Assembly (NCBI GenBank): GCA_965235115.1
Contig: OZ249439.1
Coordinates: 2,728,001-2,792,000 of the forward strand
Source: Laetmonice hystrix
Taxonomy: Eukaryota
DNA: 64,000 bases
Direction: 5' to 3'
The stretch's first letter is position 1. Each line of letters begins with the position of its first letter. Positions 26,256 to 37,618 of the stretch are shown here, piece after piece. Under the pieces are notes generated by a model. It was not told the DNA's origin and ran no database searches. It saw only the letters and a program-made list of their open reading frames with translations. The translations under genes were made by a program, and so were the position numbers.

Positions 26256-26528
26256 TGGCCCATCGATCGCCACGGTTTGCTGACGACGCTCACTAGAGGG
26301 CGCCACGAGTGGCCCAGCGTGTCGCCAGGTTTCACAGAGGCTTGGCACGGCGGCACGGCACGGCACGCCCAGGGCACGGCTCAGTCACCTTCCGCTATCA
26401 CAGCAGTCATGTTGGAGTAAGAATACATGACGGGGTACAGGTACGGATGGCGAGAAGGCGGGCAGACGGTGTATTTGAGGTGGTTGGACACTTGTCTCCG
26501 ACCAACTCGTGATCAGTCCTGACAGAAG

Positions 26529-26603
26529 ATGACGGTGATCAAGAGTTTCTGTATCTGCTGTAATCTCCGGAGTGGTTCCATGTTCGTGGCCGTCTATAGT
26601 TTG
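26529..26603 (+). CDS. 4-TM gene 2 (LAPTM4/DUF7027-like), first coding exon
   Basis: ATG...TTG|gtgagt; MTVIKSFCICCNLRSGSMFVAVYSL has the Cys-cluster/xRxG start of TM1 seen in LAPTM4-like proteins. Confidence 0.85.
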
Positions 26604-26718
26604 GTGAGTACAGGGCTCCCACAGCTTGTGAAGGGTCGTCAGGGATATAATCACCCCGGACATCATATACAACACCCAAAGGGTACAGGCTCTGGTTTAA
26701 ACTTACAATATGATCCCC

Positions 26719-27402
26719 ATGTTAGATACAGGGGTGATGTTAGATACAGGGGTGATGTTAGATACAGGGGTGATGTTAGATACAGGGGTGATGTTAGATA
26801 CATGGGTGATGTTAGATACAGGGGTGATGTTAGATACAGGGGTGATGTTAGATACAGGGGTGATGTTAGATACAGGGGTGATGTTAGATACAGGGGTGAT
26901 GTTAGATACAGGGGTGGTGTTAGATACAGGGGTGGTGTTAGATACAGGGGTGGTGTTAGATACAGGGGTGATGTTAGATACAGGGGTGATGTTAGATACA
27001 GGGGTGATGTTAGATACAGGGGTGATGTTAGATACAGGGGTGATGTTAGATACAGGGGTGATGTTAGATACAGGGGTGGTGTTAGATACAGGGGTGGTGT
27101 TAGATACAGGGGTGATGTTAGATACAGGGGTGATGTTAGATACAGGGGTGATGTTAGATACAGGGGTGATGTTAGATACAGGGGTGATGTTAGATACAGG
27201 GGTGGTGTTAGATACAGGGGTGATGTTAGATACAGGGGTGATGTTAGATACAGGGGTGATGTTAGATACAGGGGTGATGTTAGATACAGGGGTGATGTTA
27301 GATACAGGGGTGATGTTAGATACAGGGGTGATGTTAGATACAGGGGTGATGTTAGATACAGGGGTGGTGTTAGATACAGGGGTGATGTTAGATACAGGGT
27401 GA
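26719..27402. repeat. 18-bp minisatellite x38 in gene 2 intron 1
   Basis: gttagatacaggggtgat. Confidence 0.95.
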
Positions 27403-27970
27403 TGTATAAAAGAGCGAAGAAATAATTATAAACCGTTCAGAAATCATATTGAGATATCGAGTATAAGACGGAACTAGCTTCACTGGTGAGGATCGTACTA
27501 GGCAACGCAGCTAGTGGTCCACCTGGAGCAAATTAATAATTATATACGATCGATATAATCGCTTGGTGTAAACATGTTTGGTAATTTGACTTTCAAATGG
27601 GATTCCGGCCGTGAGGGCGTATCATCCGAAATAAAACATTGAGCACATTGTCCGTGCTACTTGAACTTACATGAACCTGTATACGGAAGTATGATGTACC
27701 TGCACAGTAATGTGCTACTTAAACTTTATACATGTACATGACTGTACATGTACATGTACATGGTACTCCGTCCATCCGACCCCATGCTGGGAGGACGACA
27801 CGTACGACCTAGTAACACGAATAACCAGAACAAATTAAACTATTTTACAAGAAAATGGTGTCCACAGGGGGAATTCCAACGAAACGAAAACCAAAAACAA
27901 TTTGGCGTTGGTTCTTCCATTCGGAAAGCGTCCCAGAGACCAACGATCCGAATCGAGCTGTTTCAGTGCG

Positions 27971-28169
27971 NNNNNNNNNNNNNNNNNNNNNNNNNNNNNN
28001 NNNNNNNNNNNNNNNNNNNNNNNNNNNNNNNNNNNNNNNNNNNNNNNNNNNNNNNNNNNNNNNNNNNNNNNNNNNNNNNNNNNNNNNNNNNNNNNNNNNN
28101 NNNNNNNNNNNNNNNNNNNNNNNNNNNNNNNNNNNNNNNNNNNNNNNNNNNNNNNNNNNNNNNNNNNNN
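27971..28169. other. Assembly gap (199 N)
   Basis: Run of N. Confidence 1.
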
Positions 28170-28428
28170 GGTTAGGTCAAGTCCTTTCACACCTGAACGG
28201 AACCATTCCTCTGTAATAATTATGTGAAATGATAAATTAAGTGAAGTACGATTGATCCATCTTTCTGGGTGGCACCGTTACAAATTCCTTCCTTTAAGTT
28301 GTGGCTCACGGTTTAATGGGTCACAAAGAGACAGTCTCTCTGATACTAGTAATAATACCAGAAAATGTGGCCAAAGCTCCCGTCAATATGGGCGAGAAAC
28401 GGGTTGTATTGAATAAATAATCGGCAAG

Positions 28429-28504
28429 CTCGGAACGATTTGTGTGGGTGTTGGTCACTATAGTTACGACAGGACAAATTACAGAGATGCTAAATACTTC
28501 GATG
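28429..28504 (+). CDS. Candidate exon 2 of gene 2 (end of TM1)
   Basis: aag|CTC...G|gtatcg; LGTICVGVGHYSYDRTNYRDAKYFD; phase 0 to 1 as required and completes TM1, but the acceptor lacks a pyrimidine tract. Confidence 0.35.
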
Positions 28505-29188
28505 GTATCGACGCATAGCCAGGTGCAGCATCGCCTTGCTCTAGTCCTGATAACTCTAGGGTTAAATGGGCCTACCCCTACCCGACGACTGCTGGAGTAT
28601 GAAGGTTCCTTCGTGACTGACAATACCAAGAATGTTGGGTTTTATCAGAGCGTATCTTTGAGGCAGTCAGAGTGGATAAAACTATGTGCGGATACGTGAC
28701 TTCTGACACAAGTGTCAGTCAGAGAGGTAAATACAATGTTATTGTTGGACCTAACCGTAGATGTTGGACATGAGGACAACTTGCGCATGTTGGTACGAAG
28801 TTTGGTACCGAGGCTGTAGCAATCGGGGCAAGGACAGGAGGGCCGCCCCCAAAGAGATTCTAGAAAAGGGGATCTTTTTGACAAACATAATCCATTTTAA
28901 GTTGATTGAAATATTCTAAAAAACTAACAAGATCTCGAGACAACCCCCGCACTGACCCCTGGCTGCCGATATCAAGATCTACTCAAGTACTCACGTAGGG
29001 TGTACTGTAGGTGAACGGTGGGAGTGTGGGACTCGTCATGTTCGTTATTGAGGGGTGTGGGTGTGGGTGGGGGTGGAGTGGGGTGGGGTACCGAGATGAC
29101 AGCGTCTTTATGTAAGCGTCGGACCGTCAAGGAAGTGGGTCGGTCTCCGTTCACTGACTACAGGCTGGTATAGTTATAATACAACAAT

Positions 29189-30085
29189 CCTCTTGTTATA
29201 CCAGGCCGTGAGGCAGGCAGTGTACCGATAGTGATAGTGTGCAGGGGGTGGAGAACTAGACCTACTCATCCTCTTGTTATACAAGGCCGTGAGGCAGTGT
29301 ACCGAGTCATATTGATAGTGTGCAGGGGGTGGAGAACTAGACCTACTCATCCTCTTGTTGTACCAGGCCGTGAGGCAGTGTACCGAGTCATATTGATAGT
29401 GTACAGGGGGTGGAGAACTGGACCTACTCATCCTCTTGTTATACCAGGCCGTGAGGCAGTGTACCGAGTCATATTGATAGTGTGCAGGGGGTGGAGAACT
29501 AGACCTACTCATCCTCTTGTTATACCAGGCCGTGAGGTAGGCAGTGTACCGAGTCATATTGATAGTGTGCAGGGGGTGGAGAACTAGACCTACTCATCCT
29601 CTTGTTATACCAGGCCGTGAGGCAGTGTACCGAGTCATATTGATAGTGTGCAGGGGGTGGAGAACTAGACCTACTCATCCTCTTGTTATACCAGGCCGTG
29701 AGGTAGTGTACCGAGTCATATTGATAGTGTGCAGGGGGTGGAGAACTAGACCTACTCATCCTCTTGTTATACCAGGCCGTGAGGTAGTGTACCGAGTCAT
29801 ATTGATAGTGTGCAGGGGGTGGAGAACTAGACCTACTCATCCTCTTGTTATACCAGGCCGTGAGGCAGTGTACCGAGTCATATTGATAGTGTGCAGGGGG
29901 TGGACAACTAGACCTACTCATCCTCTTGTTATACCAGGCCGTGAGGTAGGCAGTGTACCGAGTCATATTGATAGTGTGCAGGGGGTGGAGAACTAGACCT
30001 ACTCATCCTCTTGTTGTACCAGGCCGTGAGGCAGTGTACCGAGTCATATTGATAGTGTGCAGGGGGTGGACAACTAGACCTACTG
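29189..30085. repeat. 81-bp minisatellite, ~11 copies
   Basis: atcctcttgttataccaggccgtgaggcagtgtaccgagtcatattgatagtgtgcagggggtggagaactagacctactc. Confidence 0.93.
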
Positions 30086-30447
30086 TTCCTCCTTCCGTTT
30101 AACAAGGTGAAAACGAAATTAGAAATTTGTTTCGTTATGTGCAATCAACGAGCACCTCGTTTGTAACATATAATGTTCATGCACACACTTTGAACCCACG
30201 AGTTAGAAATCAATGACATTGATTCCCCCGCCGTGGGGGGGGGGGGGGGGGTAAGGGTACGGAGGAGGGTGGGGGTGGGGGTGGGGGGTGGGGTACGTTG
30301 ATCACATTCGCTGTGTATGGGTCCATGAGATATGAATGATTTATGGCTGGGGGACTATTTGTTTAGGTCATATGTCACACCCCAGTACTGCGGCATTCAT
30401 CATCGACCTAGATACCTCGATATTACACGCGCTCCGTGAATGAACCT

Positions 30448-30758
30448 GGAAGAAGTCTGTGTTACGACAGACAATGGATACGTCATAAAACCCTGTAAGA
30501 AGTCTGTGTTACGACAGACAATGGATACGACCACTACGTCATAAACCCCTGGAAGAAGTCTGTGTTACGACAGACAATGGATACGACCACTACGTCATAA
30601 ACGCCTGGAAGAAGTCTGTGTTACGACAGACAATGGATACGACCACTACGTCATAAACCCCTGGAAGAAGTCTGTGTTACGACAGACAATGGATACGACC
30701 ACTACGTCATAAACGCCTGGAAGAAGTCTGTGTTACGACAGACAATGGATATGACCAC
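30448..30758. repeat. 56-bp repeat, ~6 copies
   Basis: ctggaagaagtctgtgttacgacagacaatggatacgaccactacgtcataaaccc. Confidence 0.9.
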
Positions 30759-31907
30759 TTGACATATGTTAGAGCTCCTAGATAATCATTATCGTAACAT
30801 TACAAACCTATAATTATAATCTTGTTCGTTTTTAATAACTGTAATTTAAGCGGCTGCTTTTTATGGAGGGTGATTAATATAATGTGATACGTTTGCAATG
30901 AAAATATTAAGCCTCCTGTTCTAAATTGTATTCCTTCACTGCGAATTCTGGTGACATATCTGACATGAAGGTCACAGAAGGTCACAGATTGGTGCCAATT
31001 TCCCGGGCCAAGCGCGCTCTGCCGTGTCGTCTGCCCGAGCCTCGTTCTGATTATGTCACAACAAAACGCCCAACTCAGCAGTGTACCTCGCGTGAACGGT
31101 GTGTCCTCGCGTGACCTTCAGTGACCGGGCGAGATTTCCGGAATGGTCACGTGTTTCCGGGAACCATGTCTCGCGAGAATAATTAGAAAGTGACGTTACA
31201 TGTATCAGGGTAACAAAGGGATACTGATGTATGTTACCGCTGGATGAAAAGATAAAAGGCCAGTTATGCACAATAGGTTAACCTGATTCACTTGTATGAC
31301 TCCCAACAGTTCAACGATGCCTGGTAAAAGTTCATGTGTAAGTTAGTGCCATATTGGTGTTGTATTAATCAATGATACTCGTCAGCATGCAGGTGTAGCA
31401 TGGCAAACTCATGAATAAAACTGACAGGAGATTACAGACCCCCGTGGCCGGGGGTGGCGGGAACACCTGGTTACCTGAGGGGGTTATTGGGGAGGGTTGA
31501 GGGGGTTATTGGGGAGGGTTGACAGGGGGTGATGGAGGTGCCGTCTCATGTTTTCCTGACGTCACAGCCATAGCATGTGTTGGCTGAACATGTCACTCTT
31601 TACATGCTCCAATCGACAAAAGGACAAAGAGTGCCCCCACTGAGTTCATATCTCCCTGACTACATCGAGGGTAAATACCCCCACCCCCTCGCTTACCTCT
31701 ACAAGATGTCATACAAGAGGTCACAAGTTCACCCATTGCTTTGGTTGACCTTTCTCCAACAAAGGCTGCGTGTGGTGCAACGTTGTCATATTGTCATCGG
31801 AACGATGTTTCGGTTTGGAAATAAATGGAAACAAAAACTTTGATGTTCACGTTTTGAGCACTTTATTTTCAGTTACGTTCCATTCTGTATCATACACACA
31901 CACGATG

Positions 31908-32105
31908 CACTGACGGAGCCAGGATTTCACTGGGGGGGGGGGGGGGGGTGCAGGAAAGCAATTCATGATTGTTTGCATTACTAAAGCTTTTTTGTTGTAT
32001 GTAGGACTTCTGTGTCATAAGTTTCATCAAAATTATTTAAAAATGAGTATATAATTATGAATTATGGAAGCTAAGGGGGGCACGTGTCCCCTGGATCCGT
32101 CTATG
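31908..32105. mobile_element. Decayed hAT-like MITE
   Basis: cactgacggagccagg / cctggatccgtctatg imperfect TIRs with poly-G subtermini; no clear TSD. Confidence 0.45.
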
Positions 32106-33279
32106 ATGATGTATGTATCAGTAACGCTGATATGAAATGAAATGATAGTAATGATAACAAATTAAATCTTACCGCTCGACCAGATGAAAAAGTTCGCTGT
32201 GAATGAGTATAAACCCCTTGGCGAAATAATTCACCTGTTCCGGGTTGGGAACAGGTTCCTTCTGGATATATTATGTCGGCCGAGGGGTCTTCCCATGACG
32301 GTACAGGGGGTTCTCATGCACGTACCCTGACAGGGGCTGGGAACGGATTACCCCTACCTGCCCGCATTAGGCTGGCTGCCGGGCTGGCTGGCTGGGCGGC
32401 GTCTGGCAGCCCCTCTCTGGACATCTCCCAAGGCGGGCAGTTCACCATGCTCACAGACCAGACCGGGAATTCCAGGGGCGATGGCGTCAGGCCAGTGTGG
32501 CCGCCTCTCACTGACGGTCACCGACAGAGCCAGGCCTGCAGGACGGTCACTGAATGTACTTCAATGTTACTTGAATTTAAGGGCAATCTTTCCTTTCCTT
32601 TCCTTTCCTTCACTTGGTTCCTTGGTTGACTTAGTACTTTTGGTTGTCGCCTAACTAATACTAAACACAGCCATGACAGTAACGTATAGGAACAGAATAA
32701 CCATCTCATAGGCCTACTCATTGGAATATTGATGGCTTGCAAAATACCTTTTCCGTTAAAAAGTTAAAAGTAACACCAAAAGTTGTCTGTGCCCTAAAGG
32801 CGTCACCTTGTGTCTAAAAGACCTGTTAGGATGTGACAATTAGCGCTGAATGGCGTCACATCTTCGCCAACCTCGGGCCCACCTCGGGTCCACCTCGGGC
32901 CAAGCAAGATCAACGCTTTCACTTGCTTCCGGTATCTTACGATTTGTGTAAACTTTATACAAAAATAAATGTTATCTGGGGCGACACGCCAACTGACCCC
33001 GTTACAGGGGGAAGAAAATGCCGACAGGAATACTTCAAGTATAGACTAGGTGTGACCTTATATATAAGGCCTGCGATAGGTTATGGTTGTGAAGGACATA
33101 GCCTTTCATCATTGTATGCCTCCGAGAGTATTTTCGGAGTGGTCTAGGATATTTGCAAAGTACGGGATGCATCAACAACACCTGCAGCCCCCCCGGCCCC
33201 TTGGAGGGGTTCATCTCCCCCTCGTTCATCTCCTTCTCCTTGGTCCACCCCATGAGAGAGTTTCAGGTTATTCCCCCAT

Positions 33280-33452
33280 GGTAACTTCCAGTCCCAGACA
33301 AACTTTTTGGGTAAGGGTTAGGGTTAAGGTCAGGATTAGGGATAGGGATATTATGTCTTTGAGACGTGTAGGGACAGAGTTATATGAGTTAGGGATAAGG
33401 TCAGGGCTATGGATCTTTACTTCCGACAAAATTTCGTGGGTTTGAAGTTACC
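33280..33452. mobile_element. MITE family with GGTAACTT...AAGTTACC ends, copy 2 (inverted)
   Basis: Its reverse complement aligns with 19009-19228 (ccctgaccttatccctaa and cctgaccttaacc blocks). Confidence 0.65.
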
Positions 33453-33540
33453 ACGGGGGATACGGAGTTTCATCTCCGCCCCCTCCTCCTGCTCCTGCTC
33501 CTTCTCCTCCTACTCCACATCCTGTTCCTCCTCCTGGCAG

Positions 33541-33609
33541 GAAATATGACCGTGTGGAACGGTTTAACTCTCCTGCCTGGAACAAACCTATTGACTTCTC
33601 CCAACACCG
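33541..33609 (+). CDS. Gene 2 lumenal-loop exon
   Basis: Long pyrimidine tract ...cctcctggcag|GA AAT ATG ACC...ACC G|gtatct; phase 1-1; NMTVWNGLTLLPGTNLLTSPNT with an N-glycosylation sequon (NMT). Confidence 0.55.
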
Positions 33610-34357
33610 GTATCTGCCAGGTGCCAACCCGTTGTCTGTACCTGAATATAGGCCTAGATCTAGGCACATGTAAAAAATGGTATACAAACTCCTAGAGTAG
33701 GCGCATGGAATACACATGATATATATTTATGTACGTCTGGAGGCAGCAGGACTCTGATGTATAGGTAGTGAGCGCCAACCCGGCCAGGGGGCGCTGTCAA
33801 TCACTGCTCCAGTGTGCCCCGCTGGAGCCAATTGTATGCAAATCGTGGATTGTTCCCTGCTCAGAGTTTGAGAAGAGGTAGAAACACTAAACAATGAGAC
33901 ATTGATTGTAAACAGACGACAAAGGAATAATCTATTTTGAATATGATCTAACATAACTTAGATAGAATTCAGTTATTCTATGGGAGGACGCGATTGTTAT
34001 TATTGTGAATGCGCCTATCACGCTCTTACGATGATCATATAATGTGGGCAGTAACCAAAACAAAAACAAGCAAAAACAACAACAAACAAACACCCACCCA
34101 AAAACAAAAACAAAAAAAAACCAACCACAACATCTGGACGCCTTTTTACAGTGCTGCGTGTTCAGATTTAAGAGAGGCCTACTCTATCATCGATGACTGT
34201 CTTAGTATTCCTCAATGACTTTTGAAGGTCAGACGTTTCATGGGCACTGCATGACTGTCCCCGAGAGAGCCACTCTGTGTCCTGAAATGTTGGTTTCTGA
34301 TAGGAACTATGCTACTATTACAATAATCTGTCGCCTATTGATGCCGTCGTGTCGTAT

Positions 34358-35305
34358 TATGTGATCTGATCATTTCTGAATTCGTTAACTCCATGTTGAG
34401 ATGTCGCAATGTGTGATGCGATTATTTCTGAATTTGTTAACGCCATGTTGTGATGTCGTAATGTGTGATGCGATTATTTCTGAATTTGTTAACTCCATGT
34501 TGTGATGTCGTAATGTGTGATGTGATTATTCCTGAATTTGTTAACTCCGTGTTGTGATGTCGTAATGTGTGATGTGATTATTTCTGAATTCGTTAACTCC
34601 ATGTTGTGATGTCCTAATGTGTGATGCGATTATTTCTGATTTGTTAACTCCATGTCGTGATGTCGTAATGTGTGATGCGATTATTTCTGATTCGTTAACT
34701 CCATGTTGTGATGTCGTAATGTGTGATGTGATTATTTCTGAATTCGTTAACTCCATGTTGTGATGTCGTAATGTGTGATGCGATTATTTCTGATTTGTTA
34801 ACTCCATGTTGTGATGTCGTAATGTGTGATGTGATTATTTCTGAATCCGTTAACTCCATGTTGTGATGTCGTAATGTGTGATGCGATTATTTCTGAATTT
34901 GTTAACTCCATGTTATGATGTCGTAATGTGTGATCTGATTATTTCTGAATTTGTTAACTCCATGTTGTGATGTCGTAATGTGTGATGCGATTATTTCTGA
35001 TTTGTTAACTCCATGTTGTGATGTCGTAATGTGTGATGTGATTATTTCTGAATTCGTTAACTCCATGTTGAGATGTCGTAATGTGTGATGGGATTATTTC
35101 TGAATTTGTTAACTCCATGTTGTGATGTCGTAATGTGTGATGCGATTATTTCTGAATTTGTTAACTCCATATTGTGATGTTGTAATGTGTGATGTGATTA
35201 TTTCTGGTTTGTTAACTCCATGTCGTGATGTCGTAATGTGTGATCCATCATTTCTGATTTGTTAACTCCATGTCGTGATGTCGTAATGTGTGATGCGATT
35301 ATTTT
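34358..35305. repeat. 51/52-bp minisatellite, ~18 copies
   Basis: ttgttaactccatgttgtgatgtcgtaatgtgtgatgcgattatttctgaat. Confidence 0.93.
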
Positions 35306-35686
35306 TGACGCGTTGTTTTAATTGCAGTTGTCGTCTGCTTTCTACGTGGCGTTGCTGTTGATACGAAACGTTGGCTATCGATTCGTGGAGACATCTTCAT
35401 GTAAAGTATCCAGACATTATCCTCTACGACACTGCCAACAGTGGCTTTGTACGTTTGAGATCAAACCACAAGTTACAATAGATTCCCATTTACGTCATTT
35501 TTTTAGGTAAAAGATGGAATTATGGCAGATAGGCTTAAGGAGCATTTAGTTCTTTGAAAGGGAGGCTAGGACCTCCTGAATTACACGTCTCCCACTCGGG
35601 ATAACTCTAAGCTATACCTAACAATACTGCGGCCGTTGAAGGCTGATTTTGACGTCCATGTGACGTGTGACGTACTTCCGCTCCAG

Positions 35687-35772
35687 TTCACGCCGTTGTG
35701 ACGTATGGAACGTTTGGAGTGTTCGGTTTGCTGGCCATCATGGCTGTGGGGCTCATCGTCGGGGTTTACCAG
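35687..35772 (+). CDS. Gene 2 TM2 exon
   Basis: cttccgctccag|TT CAC...CAG|gtaagt; HAVVTYGTFGVFGLLAIMAVGLIVGVYQ. Confidence 0.85.
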
Positions 35773-36422
35773 GTAAGTCAGTTAGCGCCCTATCTCTGCC
35801 ACTACTCCCAGCTAAAATGATCGTTTACCTAGTGACCTAGATACATTTAGAAACCGGTTAATGTACTTGATCCCAATTATGTGGGTCATGTCGACCTAGT
35901 TACCGTGACCTGGTTTCTAGGGCTATGGGTGTAGGCCTACACGGTAGAATGGTTTACCCGTGTCCTGATTCAGGTGACAATAATGAGGTCACTGATCACG
36001 AAACTCATAGAAACATAGTGTCCCCATGTTGTGCGACTCCTACAGAACTGGGCTGTATGATATTCCTGGTAAAGTTACGACCACCATTATTAAGGCTTAA
36101 CCTTCTTTTCGGCAAAAGTGTCATTCCAGCATTTAATATGTGGCCTGGACGGAAGAGTCCAGGAACTGGTTTTACCATATCAGGAGTAGGATGGCGGGGG
36201 AAATTTATGGCCATTTTCTATCTAGGGCGCCAACTTGATGAGAAAGCTTTTCAAGGCCTGTTCACTATGTTTAACCTTCTTTAAATGGCGATTTATTATG
36301 TTCGCGAATGTATATAGCATGTTATACACGCACTAGAATATAAGGCAAAGGTCGTTGAGGACACCACTATAGGTCTCTGTTATGGTTTACATCTCTACCC
36401 TCATTGCCCCCCCCCCCCCCAG

Positions 36423-36602
36423 GACAACAAGTGGCTGTTCGGGATGTGGCTGGTTCAGACGGTGGTGGCCCATGTGTTCGCAACGGTGACCGTCGTGTGG
36501 CTAGTTGTCATCAACCTGAGGTCCACCGAGATGATGACCACTGTCCAGTCTGATATCAACGTCACCAGCGGCAGCGGCAGCGGCGCGGCTGTCACTCACG
36601 AG
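36423..36602 (+). CDS. Gene 2 TM3 exon
   Basis: poly-C-ag|GAC...GAG|gtcggt; 180 nt; DNKWLFGMWLVQTVVAHVFATVTVVWLVVINLRSTE...THE. Confidence 0.85.
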
Positions 36603-36900
36603 GTCGGTCACGCCCACCTCTTCATGCATAAAAAATAATAGTTAAAAAAATATATATATATAAAACACAACAACATTCAAACAAAACTAGACACTAAACT
36701 AGAAACAGGATACTCTCAGAAGATTTTGAGATATTGGCCATTAACACTGTATGTTATTCATAGTGCCATATACTCAATGACACTTCCATAGAGAGGCTAT
36801 ACCCAGCGTTCCAGCCTGAACTCCAGCTTTATAACCAAAGGATACACTGAATGAATGGTCTCTATACTGTCTATATTGTCAGTTTTTCTTGCCCCCACAG

Positions 36901-36960
36901 GAACTTCCACGATGGGAAATCGGAATACTTTGCTACCACTCGGCCAATGTCGTCATCACA
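36901..36960 (+). CDS. Gene 2 60-nt exon
   Basis: tttttcttgcccccacag|GAA...ACA|gtgagt; ELPRWEIGILCYHSANVVIT. Confidence 0.85.
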
Positions 36961-37328
36961 GTGAGTCGTCATATTTTATAAGGTCCGTCAGCTACATTGG
37001 CGGCCTCTAGTGGCAAGGAAATGAAGCTTGGCTATAATTGTCCATCAATTCTTTCTTTAAATGTATCTCAATGAATAAAACGCCAAGCCCAAGTTATGAT
37101 GACTAAGATTGAGGAAAACCTGTAGTTTAAAGTAGGCCTACACTACACGTGAAAATATCATATAGAGTATTATGAGGTTTATAGTGGCATGAATTCGTAC
37201 CAAATTAGGTGGACAGATTACATTATGAAGTTTCCATTGCCGCCAGGGGTGCAGAGCGGATTAACTAATCAACATGTCATTAAACACTAATTGTTCATTT
37301 AATGGCGTGAATATTCTTACATTGCCAG

Positions 37329-37409
37329 GCTTACTGCGTGTTGTGTGTCGTATCTCAGCTCCAGGCGTTACTCAGCGGCCACGGAACACAGCGCCACCGA
37401 CGGAGACAG
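37329..37409 (+). CDS. Gene 2 end of TM4 exon
   Basis: ttacattgccag|GCT TAC TGC...CAG|gtggaa; AYCVLCVVSQLQALLSGHGTQRHRRRQ; the donor is weak. Confidence 0.75.
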
Positions 37410-37618
37410 GTGGAAGCACCTTTTACATGATCCAGTGGGGCTACAGTAAACACTCTCGATCCTTAGAGTTTCTTCTTGATTATAGCAAAAATAAATTACA
37501 TCACATTACAAAACATTAGATGGTAATTTTAAACGATTCACATGCGTAATAGTGGTCGTCTATATTTGTTATATGGATTATGGTAGCTTTACAACATGTT
37601 GTCATTTTCTGTTCTCAG

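Noticed and set aside
27748-28227. ORFs crossing the N run
   Set aside because: Artefacts of the assembly gap.
29189-30758. 81-bp and 56-bp arrays as further acceptor-spanning arrays (ttgttataccag|GCC, gttacgacag|ACA)
   Set aside because: They contain acceptor-like AGs, but the last copies do not continue into an exon with the needed phase and a donor.
1489-35305. Regular arrays as possible CRISPR loci
   Set aside because: Units are head-to-tail with no unique spacers, there are no cas genes, and the context is eukaryotic.
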